Of a stretch of DNA of 64,000 nucleotides, positions 33,676 to 42,497 are shown in pieces. The number at the start of each line of letters is the position of its first letter. Within the stretch, counting starts at the first letter, position 1. The notes beneath the pieces are model-generated. The model was not told the DNA's origin. It worked only from the letters and a program-made list of their open reading frames with translations, and made no database searches. The DNA comes from a virus (taxonomy: Duplodnaviria > Caudoviricetes), in IMG/VR virus record IMGVR_UViG_3300033121_002239, positions 9,025 to 73,024 of that record; one strand, given 5' to 3'. Made by a program: the position numbers and the translations under genes.

Positions 33676-35448
33676 CTAAGGGGGTGATGCGATGCTGATC
33701 ACCCGACTCCCGCCCTTCTTCGCCGCGAGCTTCCGCTCGGTGAGGAGGATCCACCGACGGACCCACACCTCGGAGATCCAGTGGCACATCACGGTGTCGT
33801 CGTGGGGCTCCGTCCCGAGGCCGTGAAGCTCCTTCACCAGCTCGTCCACGAGGGCGCGCGCGTCCTCTTCGTCGGCGCGGAGGTCGGTGGCGCGGCCGTA
33901 GGGCAGGACCACCTTCCCGAACTCGTAGAGGCTGCTCATCCCGGGCACGCCCTCGTAGAGGTTGTGCTTCTTCTTGTCGGTGGTGTGGCCGACGATCGGG
34001 AGGTCCTTCGTGCGGCGCAGGCCGATCTCGTAGAGCTTCCCGAAGGCGTTGTTCTCGACGACGATCGCCGCGCGCTGGGGGAAGCGCGCGGCCTCTTCGA
34101 GGATGAGCGCCGTGATCTGCCCGGGGGTCAAGCCACGGCGGCGGACCATGCGCAGGAGCACGCGCTCCTGCGTGCGCCAACGCAGCCCCCAGGTCATTCC
34201 CACGGTGTAGTCCGAGTCCTGCTCCTCGGCCTTCTCCTCGTCATCGACGAGCGAGAAGTCCCACGTCTGCCAAATGACCGAGAACTCCTCGGTGAGGGGG
34301 TGCGGGCGGTCTGCGTCGAGGTCCCACCCCTCGCGCAAGAACCCGCGCGTCGCGCCGCGGGTCTTCGCCGCCTTGAGCCAGTCCGCGCGGAAGGCCGCCG
34401 CCGAATCGTCGGTGACCTGGTTCTGGTACTCGCGGGCGAAGAGGAAGCTCCCGATCGATCTCCAGACGAGGAGCATCTTCTCGATCGGCCACTTCTCGGG
34501 CCAGAGGGTCTTGCCCCCGGCGTCGTCGGGGACGTGCGCGCCGCGGACGACCTCCTTGCCCGAGGCGTCGACCGTGACGTCCCAGGTGACCTTCGTGAGG
34601 TCGGGCCACTCCAGAATGGCCTCGGTCTGGATCGTGGCGAAGGTCGGGTCGTCGAGGAGGTCCTGATAGGTGTCGTCGGCGTGCTTGCGCGTGCCGATGG
34701 CAACGACGCTCCCGCCGTCGTCGAGCATCGGAAGCACGGTGCCCTTCAGCCAGTGCTTCGTCTTCTTCCGGCGGCGGGCGTTCGCGACCGTCGTCTCGTC
34801 GTCGATGTCGTCGAGGATGATCAGGTCGTAGCGGCCGCCCGTGATCGACGACCCGACGCCCACGGCCTTGACGGTGCCGTCGCGCAGGTTCTTCGAGCGG
34901 CGCACGCAGATGGAGGACTTGCCCCAACGCCCCTTCGAGCGCAGCGTCCCGCCCTCCTCGGGCACCTCCCAATCGACCTTGATGCGGGGGTTCTCCTCGA
35001 GGTCGTGCTTGATCATCGCGAGCGAGTCGCGGGCCGACTCGGCGCTCTTGCAGACGATCAGGATGCGGACGTTGCGGTTGGTGAGGATGCGGTGCAGGGC
35101 GAGGACGCGGGCGACGACGTGCGTCTTGCCGTGCGAGCGCGGGGCGAGGAAGACGATGCGCTTCTCCTCATCGAAGCGCCGGTACCAGTCGCGGTGACAG
35201 TCGGGCGTGGCGAGCCCGAGGTAGTGGAAGGCGAGCCACGTGAGGCCCCGGCCGCCTCGGAGGCGCGTGAGGGCGCGTCGTCCCTGCGGCGTCTCGATGA
35301 GCGTGCGGGCCTGGAGCTCGGCGAGCTCGCGCGCGTTGTCGTTGGCGGAGCGGAGCGGGAGCGGCTGCGCGTCCGCCGCGCGCCGTCGGGTGCGGGTACG
35401 AGGTCGGCGCGTCGGGGCAGGCGAAGTACTCGCCCCCGCGGCGCTCAT
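33676..35448 (-). CDS. terL: Terminase large subunit
   Basis: Walker A LAPRSHGKT, Walker B IILDD, AREYQN, nuclease motifs WDFS..DSDYT and HDDTVM. Confidence 0.92.
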   Translation of the reverse strand: MSAAGASTSPAPTRRPRTRTRRRAADAQPLPLRSANDNARELAELQARTLIETPQGRRALTRLRGGRGLTWLAFHYLGLATPDCHRDWYRRFDEEKRIVFLAPRSHGKTHVVARVLALHRILTNRNVRILIVCKSAESARDSLAMIKHDLEENPRIKVDWEVPEEGGTLRSKGRWGKSSICVRRSKNLRDGTVKAVGVGSSITGGRYDLIILDDIDDETTVANARRRKKTKHWLKGTVLPMLDDGGSVVAIGTRKHADDTYQDLLDDPTFATIQTEAILEWPDLTKVTWDVTVDASGKEVVRGAHVPDDAGGKTLWPEKWPIEKMLLVWRSIGSFLFAREYQNQVTDDSAAAFRADWLKAAKTRGATRGFLREGWDLDADRPHPLTEEFSVIWQTWDFSLVDDEEKAEEQDSDYTVGMTWGLRWRTQERVLLRMVRRRGLTPGQITALILEEAARFPQRAAIVVENNAFGKLYEIGLRRTKDLPIVGHTTDKKKHNLYEGVPGMSSLYEFGKVVLPYGRATDLRADEEDARALVDELVKELHGLGTEPHDDTVMCHWISEVWVRRWILLTERKLAAKKGGSRVISIASPP

Positions 35449-36164
35449 CCGGCGTCCCGCTTCGGGGCCTTGTTGCGCTCGGCGATCATGTCCACGACCG
35501 CCATCTGCACGTCGAGCGGGACCACGAGGTCGGGGGCGGCAGGCGCGGGCGTCGTGACGGCCGACTCCTCCCGGTTGTGCGCGCCCGAGCCAGGCGACGC
35601 CTGCGCGGCGCTCACACCGAGGACGAGGCGCAAGGTCTCGTAGAGCGTCCGCTGCGCGTTCGACAGCTCCTGTACCGTGCGCGATGGGATCGGGCGGCGC
35701 GGCTTCGGGGCCTTCGGCGCGGCGGGGTCGGGGGCCGCGGGCTCCGTCGGGACGAGCGGCTCACTCACGTCCGCGAAGAGGCTCTTGTCGGGCGAGGCGG
35801 GCAGGAGCTCCCGGTAGCAGCGGGCGGTGTACTCGATCTCCTGAAGGAGGAGCGTGGTGTTCAAAACCACCTGCGCCGCCTGGGTTCCCAGGATTTCAGA
35901 GGCGTTTTCAATGTAGCGCGCGGACTGCGCGTCCACCTCGGTGCGAAGGGTGCGCTTCCACGCCTCGCGCTTCACCGTCCAGCCGTCGCGTTTGGCGCGG
36001 GCGGCGAGGGTGGGGTGAGGGAGCTTGAAGCGGGGGGCGAGGTCGGCGAGGGAGGGCCAGACGCGCTCGGTGACCTTGGTCGCGTTCGGGGGGATCTCTC
36101 CCTGCACGTAGAGGCGCTCCACCTCCTCCCACGGGATATCCTTGCGTCGTACCTGCTTCGCCAC
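35445..36164 (-). CDS. terS: Terminase small subunit
   Basis: N-terminal HTH (WEEVERLYVQG..LADLAPRF..TLAARAKRDGW); coupled to terL. Confidence 0.7.
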   Translation of the reverse strand: MAKQVRRKDIPWEEVERLYVQGEIPPNATKVTERVWPSLADLAPRFKLPHPTLAARAKRDGWTVKREAWKRTLRTEVDAQSARYIENASEILGTQAAQVVLNTTLLLQEIEYTARCYRELLPASPDKSLFADVSEPLVPTEPAAPDPAAPKAPKPRRPIPSRTVQELSNAQRTLYETLRLVLGVSAAQASPGSGAHNREESAVTTPAPAAPDLVVPLDVQMAVVDMIAERNKAPKRDAG

Positions 36165-36209
36165 GCCCTTCGCGCGCGCGTCAACGCGGCACCGGATTGA
36201 CGGGGAGAC

Positions 36210-36542
36210 TCAGGGGTCGCGGCGGAGGTCTTCGGCGGCGGCGATCCAGGCGTCCTGTGCGGCGAGGGGGAGCGCCGACCAGGGGAGGGGGGCGGGGGCC
36301 TCGGCGCCGTAGGTGCGGGTGATGGCGCGGCTGTAGGCTTCGAAGGCGCGTCGGGCGCGGCGTTCGAGGCGGGTGCGAGCGCAGCGGAGGGCCGACTCGC
36401 GGTCGAGGTGGTGGCAGGCGCAGATCGCCCAACGGTTGCCGTCACGGTCGACGAGGTCGGCACCCCAGGCGGCGCGACCGAGCTCCACCGGGACGGGCGT
36501 CAGCGAGGGGTCGGGCTGGACGATCGGGGGCGACGGGAGCAC
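36210..36542 (-). CDS. Hypothetical protein
   Basis: Small ORF before terS. Confidence 0.4.
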   Translation of the reverse strand: MLPSPPIVQPDPSLTPVPVELGRAAWGADLVDRDGNRWAICACHHLDRESALRCARTRLERRARRAFEAYSRAITRTYGAEAPAPLPWSALPLAAQDAWIAAAEDLRRDP

Positions 36543-38181
36543 GGCGCCGAGCGGGGGTCAGGGGACGGCCGGGAAGAGCATCATGCGGATCGCGAAGGAG
36601 CTCGCCGCGCGCACCGAGGGCCAGCCGCAGCGGGCGCCCGCGTAGGTCGGGGTCGCGAGGCGGGGCGTGGGGTTGAGCGGGGTGTTCGCCGGGATGCGCA
36701 CGCCCTTGTCGCCCGTGGCCGGGGACGGCTTGAACGTGAGTTCGTACGCCGCCGAGGCGCCCTCGATGAGGAGGGCGTAGCTCATGCCCTGGAACTCCGC
36801 GGGCGGCGTGATCGTCGTCCACGCGGTCGGGTCGGCGTCGGTCGTGACCTCGACGACGAGGGGGTAGGTGGGGGCGGAGGCTTCGCGGGCGTTGTCCTCG
36901 TAGTTCGCCATGGCGCCTCTTCGAGGGGGTCACCCGCGGCGAGTACTTTCGAAGGCCGACGGGATCACCGGAGCGGTTCGGGCGACGGCTCCGCGTGCAC
37001 GACCTCGCCGTGCTGGACGTGGTAGACCCACGTCGAGAGGCGCGCACGGCGGGACCGAACAGCTCCAACTGAGGCAGATGTTCCGCGCGTGACGAACGAC
37101 GATGCGACGCGCCGCCGGGTGTCGCGCGAGCCATCCCGCGCAGGTGGGTCGCGACCGCGACGCCCATCACCTCCGCGAGCAGCGGCGGCACCGCGTTGCC
37201 GATGAGCGCCGTGATCTCCTCCTGGGTGCCCTTGAACCGGAAGTCGTCCTCGAACGTCTGGAGCCGCGCGCCTTCGCGCAGCGTGATGTTCCGGTCCTCG
37301 GACGGGTGCGCGAACATGCCGCGCGTGAAGCTGTCGAACCGCGCGGTGATCGTCGCGCCGGGCGCGTCGGCGTCCAGGCGCCCGTAGACGTTGCGGTGTC
37401 CAATGCGGTCGGCGCCCTGCTTGTGACACTCGACGCGGAGGTCCACGGGCAGGCTCTCGAACCCCTTGCCCGGCGGGATCAGGCGCAGGCGCTCCAGGTT
37501 CTTCTTGGACAGCCGCATCCGGTAGTGCAGCGGGTCGCTCGCGCTCGCGCGGTCGGGCGCCGGAGGCGGGAGGTCGCCAATCGCATCCCGAACCGTCCGA
37601 AAGGTCCCCTCCTCGTGCGTCGCCGGGGGCGGGTCGAAGGGCGCCACGTCGGCCGTGCGCCAGCCGAAGCACAGCACGCGACGGCGCCGCTGCGGCACCC
37701 CGTAGTCCGCGGCGTTGATGAGCGCGGCGCGGTAGAGGTAACCGCCGTGAGCCAGCGTCGCGCCGAACCGCTTCAGCACCTTCCGACCGCGCTGCCCGAG
37801 GAGGCCGGGCACGTTCTCCATGATGAACATGCGCGGACGGACCTCGCAGACGAACCGCCCGAAGGCGAAGACCAGATCGTTGCGGGGGTCTTCATCCTCC
37901 CCGCGACGCTGAATCGAGAACCCCTGACATGGAGGACCGCCCACGATGAGGTCGACGGGGACCGGCTCGTGTCGGATGCCCCGCCAGAAGGACTCAGCGG
38001 TGAGCGTCCCCACGTCCGCGCGGAGCACGGGGTGCTTGAAATTCAGCTCGTAGTTCTCTACCGCGACCTTCCACGCGTCCACCGCACCGATCACCTCGAA
38101 CCCGGCGCGCATCAGGCCCACGGAGAACCCCCCGGCGCCGGAAAACAGGTCGATAGCAGTGAGAGGTGACTTCGGGTCCAT
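36442..38181 (-). CDS. DNA cytosine-5 methyltransferase 2 (catalytic part about 37050..38181; the frame runs on without a normal stop)
   Basis: DLFSGAGG, GGPPCQGFS, ENVPG, QRRRRV, RNITLREGARLQTF, GNAVPP. Confidence 0.9.
   Translation of the reverse strand: MDPKSPLTAIDLFSGAGGFSVGLMRAGFEVIGAVDAWKVAVENYELNFKHPVLRADVGTLTAESFWRGIRHEPVPVDLIVGGPPCQGFSIQRRGEDEDPRNDLVFAFGRFVCEVRPRMFIMENVPGLLGQRGRKVLKRFGATLAHGGYLYRAALINAADYGVPQRRRRVLCFGWRTADVAPFDPPPATHEEGTFRTVRDAIGDLPPPAPDRASASDPLHYRMRLSKKNLERLRLIPPGKGFESLPVDLRVECHKQGADRIGHRNVYGRLDADAPGATITARFDSFTRGMFAHPSEDRNITLREGARLQTFEDDFRFKGTQEEITALIGNAVPPLLAEVMGVAVATHLRGMARATPGGASHRRSSRAEHLPQLELFGPAVRASRRGSTTSSTARSCTRSRRPNRSGDPVGLRKYSPRVTPSKRRHGELRGQRPRSLRPHLPPRRRGHDRRRPDRVDDDHAARGVPGHELRPPHRGRLGGVRTHVQAVPGHGRQGRAHPGEHPAQPHAPPRDPDLRGRPLRLALGARGELLRDPHDALPGRPLTPARRRAPVAPDRPARPLADARPGGARSRRLGCRPRRP
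36558..36911 (-). CDS. Hypothetical beta-rich protein
   Basis: AAGAGG RBS and ATG; overlapped by the run-on frame of the C5-MTase. Confidence 0.5.
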   Translation of the reverse strand: MANYEDNAREASAPTYPLVVEVTTDADPTAWTTITPPAEFQGMSYALLIEGASAAYELTFKPSPATGDKGVRIPANTPLNPTPRLATPTYAGARCGWPSVRAASSFAIRMMLFPAVP

Positions 38182-38185
38182 CCGT

Positions 38186-39565
38186 TCAGTCGGACGCTAC
38201 CACGTCCGGCCACGGCAGTGTCAGCGTCCCGCTGCGCTCGCCCGCCTTGATGCCGGGGATCATCCGGGAGAAGGAGGTCCCAACGGGCCGCGTGAGCCCT
38301 CGGTCGAACGTCTCGGCGGGAGGGGGCGAACTCACCAGCTCACCCGCGACGTGGAGCGCCACGGTGGCCGCGAACACTGGCGGCACCGCGTTACCGACCT
38401 GTCGAAACTGCTCGTCGAACGACCCGGTGAGCCCGTAGTCCGCCGGGAAGCCCTGGAGCAGCGCCGCTTCGCGCACGGTGAGCCCACGGTCCTGTTCGGG
38501 GTGCACGAAGCGCCCGCTCGCCGGGTTGCGCGCGTAGGCGGTGATCGTGATGGCCGGGCGATCCCAGCGCAGCCGCCCGTACACGTCCTCGTAGATGGCC
38601 TTGCCCCGGCGTGCGTGCGCCCTGCGGAGGCACTCCGGGCCGATGTTGGCTGGACGATTCCCTCCGTCCTTGGGAACGGCGCGGATGACCTCCAGCGTCG
38701 AGGCGCGGTGGTCCGCGGAGAAGTGCATGGGGTCGTGCGGGTCGCGCACGCCCGCCGCGACCGGGCGCAGGTCCCCGATCGCCATACGCACGGTGCGGAA
38801 GTCCGAGCGATTCAGGAACCCGCGCGGCGCGCGAAAGGGGTGCGGCATGGCCAGCAGGAGCGCGCGGAACCGCTCTTGCGGGACGCCGAACTCGGCCGCG
38901 TTGTGGACGCCAAGGTAGACGAAGTACCCCGCCTCTTCCAGCATCCGGCGCACCTTGGCGACGAAGGGCCAGTACCGGTTGGTCAGGAGCTCCGGCACGT
39001 TCTCGACGACGATAGCCGCAGGTCGCATCCGTGTGGCGACGCGCGCGAAGTCGAGCAGGAGCACGTTGCGTTCGTCGCCTTCCCCCGCCTCGTTGCGGTG
39101 CGAGGAGAATCCCTGGCAGGGCGCGCACCCGATGAGGACGAACGGATGCTCGGGCCGCAGCGCCGACGCGGCCAGATCCCGCGTAAGGGCCGGGCGCTTC
39201 GCAAACGCCGTCACGCTCTCGGCGACGGGGACGACCCCAAGGTTGGCGCGGTAGGATTCGTTCGCGACCGTGTCGATGTCCACCGCGGCGGCGAGTCGGA
39301 ACGTCGGCACCAGACCGTTGACCGCGCGGAAGCCGGCCGACATGCCGCCGCAGCCGCTAAACATGTCGATCACGTCGATGGGGCCTTCGGGGTGCGCCGC
39401 CCGCCAATGCGTGTCGAGGCCCGTCGCAAGGGCGACGGCGCCCTGTGCGGCGCCACGACGGACGGTGTTGGCGTCCGCCGCATCACCGGCGTGCGCAAGG
39501 CCCGCCAGCCTCCACCGCAACTCCTCGGCCCACGAGGGGACCGCATTCCGCACAGAATACACCAT
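38186..39565 (-). CDS. DNA cytosine-5 methyltransferase 1 with N-terminal extension
   Basis: DMFSGCGG, GCAPCQGFS, ENVPE, QERFR, RGLTVREAALLQGFP, GNAVPP; AGGAG RBS. Confidence 0.92.
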   Translation of the reverse strand: MVYSVRNAVPSWAEELRWRLAGLAHAGDAADANTVRRGAAQGAVALATGLDTHWRAAHPEGPIDVIDMFSGCGGMSAGFRAVNGLVPTFRLAAAVDIDTVANESYRANLGVVPVAESVTAFAKRPALTRDLAASALRPEHPFVLIGCAPCQGFSSHRNEAGEGDERNVLLLDFARVATRMRPAAIVVENVPELLTNRYWPFVAKVRRMLEEAGYFVYLGVHNAAEFGVPQERFRALLLAMPHPFRAPRGFLNRSDFRTVRMAIGDLRPVAAGVRDPHDPMHFSADHRASTLEVIRAVPKDGGNRPANIGPECLRRAHARRGKAIYEDVYGRLRWDRPAITITAYARNPASGRFVHPEQDRGLTVREAALLQGFPADYGLTGSFDEQFRQVGNAVPPVFAATVALHVAGELVSSPPPAETFDRGLTRPVGTSFSRMIPGIKAGERSGTLTLPWPDVVASD

Positions 39566-39599
39566 GACGACTCCTGGGGCGTAGCCCGATTCGACGTCC

Positions 39600-39854
39600 T
39601 CAACGCCGAGCGCGGGGTGGCTTGGCGCGGGGCGGCTTGGCCCGCGTCGCCGGGGTGCGAGGGGCCGCCTTCGCGCGGGAAGCGGCAACCTTGGCGACAT
39701 TCCTCTCCAGGAACTCGCGGATGAGCTTGGCGATCAGGGTGCTCTTCTTGTGGCCCTCCCGCTCGCAGTAGTCCGAGAGCCGGTCATAGTCCTCGGGGGT
39801 GAGGAGGACGTTGACGCGGGGGGCGCGTTCCTTCGTTCGTGTCGCCTTGGCCAT
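39600..39854 (-). CDS. Ribbon-helix-helix (CopG-like) controller protein
   Basis: RVNVLLTPEDYDRLSDYCEREGHKKSTLIAKLIREFL; AGGAGG RBS. Confidence 0.75.
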   Translation of the reverse strand: MAKATRTKERAPRVNVLLTPEDYDRLSDYCEREGHKKSTLIAKLIREFLERNVAKVAASRAKAAPRTPATRAKPPRAKPPRARR

Positions 39855-39885
39855 CGGTTCGCTTCCTCCTGAACATGCAGCCATT

Positions 39886-39903
39886 GTGTGGACTTGTCCA
39901 CAC
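39886..39903. promoter_or_regulatory. Palindromic operator upstream of the RHH-MTase operon
   Basis: GTGTGGAC-TT-GTCCACAC, a perfect 8-bp inverted repeat. Confidence 0.7.
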
Positions 39904-40087
39904 TAATACGCACTCGTGTAACGCGCGATTGCGCCGTTCACGCCCCGTCTCGCGACCGGCGACGCGCACGCCCGCGCACCCGCGGCGCCACACGCTCCGG
40001 CTCGTGCGGTGCCGGAACGCGACCGTAACAAGTCGCCACACGGCCTCGCCAATTCTCGCCAAAGGTGTGCCCCTCGAAGGGTCGTGG

Positions 40088-40215
40088 CTACGTGCCGCGC
40101 TCCCCGAGGAACTTCCTGAGGCGCTTGCTCAACGCGTCCTCGTCGCGCATTTCGCATGCCCACACGACGAGCGCCGTCCACCCCGCGGCGGCGAGTGCGG
40201 CGAGGTTCTGCGCGC
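40088..40215 (-). pseudogene. vsr: C-terminal remnant of Vsr very-short-patch endonuclease
   Basis: QNLAALAAAGWTALVVWACEMRD..L..RLRKFL matches the Vsr C-terminus. The N-terminal catalytic part is absent. Confidence 0.7.
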
Positions 40216-40471
40216 CCTCTACCGCCGCGCGTACGCCTTCCTCGACACCGAGACGGGGGAGGTCACGGTCTCGCCCGCGGGCCACCGCGCCGCCTCGAAC
40301 GTGCTCGCGGGCGAGGGCTTCACGAAGCGCACGCGCGGGGGCGTGGCGTACGTGTGGTCGCCCCCGAAGCCCACCCTCGAAGAGCTCCAGGCCGCCGACG
40401 CGAAGTGTGCCGAGCTCCAGGCGTGGCTCCGCGACTATCTCGCCCGCGCGGGGCAGGACGTGCCACGATGA
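40211..40471 (+). pseudogene. 3' fragment of a phage gene truncated at the cassette junction
   Basis: RAYAFLDTETGEV...DVPR* has no start codon or RBS and is coupled (ATGA) to the next gene. Confidence 0.4.
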
Positions 40472-40749
40472 GGCGCATGACGACCTCGAAGAAGGCCCCC
40501 GACGTGGCGGAGCGGCTCAAGGCGGCGCGCGAGGGGCGCGGGCTCACCGTCGCCGAGCTCGCGCGGCGCGCGCGGGTCGAGGGCGAGCCGATCTCCCGGC
40601 AGGCCGTGATGAAGATCGAGGCGCGCGACGTGACGAACCCCGGCGTCCTCACCGTCGCGGGCCTCGCCGAAGCGCTCGAAGTGCCCGCGGCGTGGCTCGC
40701 GTACGGCGTCGGCCCCACCCCCGCGGGGTTGACCGCCGCGAAGGCGTGA
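40468..40749 (+). CDS. XRE-family HTH regulator
   Basis: ERLKAAREGRGLTVAELARR..ISRQAVMKIE..LAEALEVPAAWLAYG. Confidence 0.8.
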   Translation: MRRMTTSKKAPDVAERLKAAREGRGLTVAELARRARVEGEPISRQAVMKIEARDVTNPGVLTVAGLAEALEVPAAWLAYGVGPTPAGLTAAKA

Positions 40750-40823
40750 CGCGGCGTGGAGCAGGCTGGTAGCTCGCCGGGCTCATAACCCGAAGGCCGT
40801 AGGTTCAAATCCTACCGCCGCGA
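40750..40823 (+). tRNA. tRNA-Met(CAT), initiator-type body with C1-G72 pair; CCA not perfectly encoded (ACCCA)
   Basis: Full cloverleaf: GGTA D-loop, GGG/CCC anticodon stem around CTCATAA, GTAGG-TTCAAAT-CCTAC T arm. Confidence 0.92.
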
Positions 40824-41084
40824 CCCAAGCCCCAGGACCGAGCTTCTACCGCACGGGAGCGGCGTGTGAGGACCTGGGGCTTCTCCCGCTCCTCATCGCC
40901 CGACCGGCAAGACGCCTGCACGCAGGCGCTCCCCGCGAACAGGCCGCCCCGACGGCCTGGGGCGCACACGAAAGAACCCCCCGCGCGTCGCCCGAGACCC
41001 CGAGGTTGCTCATCGAGCATGGGGCCAAGCGGGCGAAGAAGCGCGCGGGGGGATCGGTCCTTTTCCTGCACGCCGTCGTTCGTC

Positions 41085-41393
41085 ATGGATGATGAATACG
41101 ACGACCCGTGCCACGACACGGACCACGAAGACGACGGGGGCTACGCGGACGACGCGGACGATGAGGGCCGCGAAGAGGAGAGGTGCGCGCAGTGCCTCCA
41201 CTTCGGGGACTACCAGTGCGAAACGCACGGCCCGGCCGCGATCGAGGCGCAACGGCAGTACGCGGAGTTCCACATGCTGAAGGAGGCGCTCGAAAGCGTG
41301 CTCGCGCTCCCCGACGCGTGGTCTTCGCCCGCCGCTGCGCAGCTCCAGAAGGTCGCGCGCGAGGTGCTCACGGAGATGGAAAAGGTCGGATGA
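41085..41393 (+). CDS. Acidic hypothetical protein with CxxC
   Basis: D/E-rich N-terminus; CAQC..CETH. Confidence 0.5.
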   Translation: MDDEYDDPCHDTDHEDDGGYADDADDEGREEERCAQCLHFGDYQCETHGPAAIEAQRQYAEFHMLKEALESVLALPDAWSSPAAAQLQKVAREVLTEMEKVG

Positions 41394-41746
41394 GGCGTTA
41401 CGACCACGACGAAGCCACGCGCCTCTACACCATTGAGGAGTGGACAACCACGCGGCTCGCGGCGCACTTTCGTGTGAGCGTCGGTAGCATGAGCGCAATG
41501 CTGCGCAGGCGCGGCGTCGCGCTCCGCGGGAACGCTCACCACCTCGACGGCCAGCGCATCGGGCGCCTGGTCGTGCTCGGGCGCGAGGGGCTCTCGCCGC
41601 GCGGGGCTGTCCTTTGGCGGTGTCGGTGCGACTGCGGCGCGGAGGTCGTGGTCTGCACGATGCGGCTCGTGCGCGACAAGCATCGCAAGCGCACCTGTGG
41701 CGCAATGGTGTGTCGCAAGGCCGAACGTGCGCAGAGGGCGACATGA
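41390..41746 (+). CDS. HTH plus homing-endonuclease-type N-terminal DNA-binding module, no nuclease domain
   Basis: LDGQRIGRLVV..WRCRCDCG..V..L..TCG. Confidence 0.6.
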   Translation: MRRYDHDEATRLYTIEEWTTTRLAAHFRVSVGSMSAMLRRRGVALRGNAHHLDGQRIGRLVVLGREGLSPRGAVLWRCRCDCGAEVVVCTMRLVRDKHRKRTCGAMVCRKAERAQRAT

Positions 41747-42465
41747 CCCGTCCAACGCGTGCTCACGAGGACGACCGCAACCCGGACGTCTACTGGATGG
41801 GACCGGGACATCCGCTCGGGTGGGTGCCTGGAACGCCCGCGTACGAGCGCGTGCGCAAGGTGCTGCGTCCGATGTGGTACGTCGACTTCAAGCTCGACTT
41901 GCGTGCACTCCGCGAGGCCGTGCGGCCGAAGTCGCCCGCCGACCGCAAGCCGCTCGTCCTGCTTGATCAGGCCGAGACCCCCGATGGACGCTACAACCTG
42001 TGCGTCGCGCTCGTCGAGGAAGACGAGGATACGCGCCCAGCCCACGACGCACCCGAGGCGTGGGAACTGGTCTACAGCCTGTGCGTGGCACGGGAGACGT
42101 TGACGCGCGCGCTCGCCGCCCTCCCTGACGTCGATTGCGCCACCGCGCTCGTGCACGGGCCTCGCGCACCGATGGAGATCCTGGCGGGTGGCATGACGGT
42201 GATCGCGTCGACGTGGGCGACGTGCCCGGAGGCGCACCGTCGCGACGGTGGGCGGTATTACGAGAAGGGCGAGGCGTACGAGTGCCCCGCGCGCGACTGC
42301 GCAATGGGGCGTGTGTTCGGGTGGGATTGGACCGAACCTGTTCGGTGGGTGTTCTGCGAAGGGATCGGGGAGCAAGGGCGCAGCGTGTGGGTGCCGACGC
42401 CCAACACCACAAGCGAGAAGGTCGATGGGCTGATCGCGCGTTCAGGTTCGCCCGATCTCCCGTGA
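41743..42465 (+). CDS. Hypothetical protein
   Basis: ATGA-coupled, 240 aa. Confidence 0.55.
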   Translation: MTRPTRAHEDDRNPDVYWMGPGHPLGWVPGTPAYERVRKVLRPMWYVDFKLDLRALREAVRPKSPADRKPLVLLDQAETPDGRYNLCVALVEEDEDTRPAHDAPEAWELVYSLCVARETLTRALAALPDVDCATALVHGPRAPMEILAGGMTVIASTWATCPEAHRRDGGRYYEKGEAYECPARDCAMGRVFGWDWTEPVRWVFCEGIGEQGRSVWVPTPNTTSEKVDGLIARSGSPDLP

Positions 42466-42497
42466 CCCGCCGCGGAGGGCTCCCGTACCCTCCGGCC

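Noticed and set aside
28206-35432. Exact 19-bp direct repeat GGGGCAGGCGAAGTACTCG at 28206 and 35414
   Set aside because: Both copies are in low-complexity coding linkers. One such match is plausible by chance at this GC content, and no att-like context is present.
36442-37050. Long C-terminal extension of MTase 2 as a real domain
   Set aside because: Arg/Pro-rich shadow translation overlapping better ORFs on the same strand; interpreted as run-on after a junction.
37050-39854. Complete restriction-modification system
   Set aside because: No endonuclease gene accompanies the two MTases.
41085-41393. YADD string suggesting a reverse transcriptase (DGR/retron)
   Set aside because: It lies in a 102-aa Asp-rich low-complexity stretch with no RT domain. 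The lipoprotein paralogs also do not show adenine-specific TR/VR differences.
41390-41746. Active HNH homing endonuclease
   Set aside because: Only the N-terminal DNA-binding module is present; no HNH catalytic motif.
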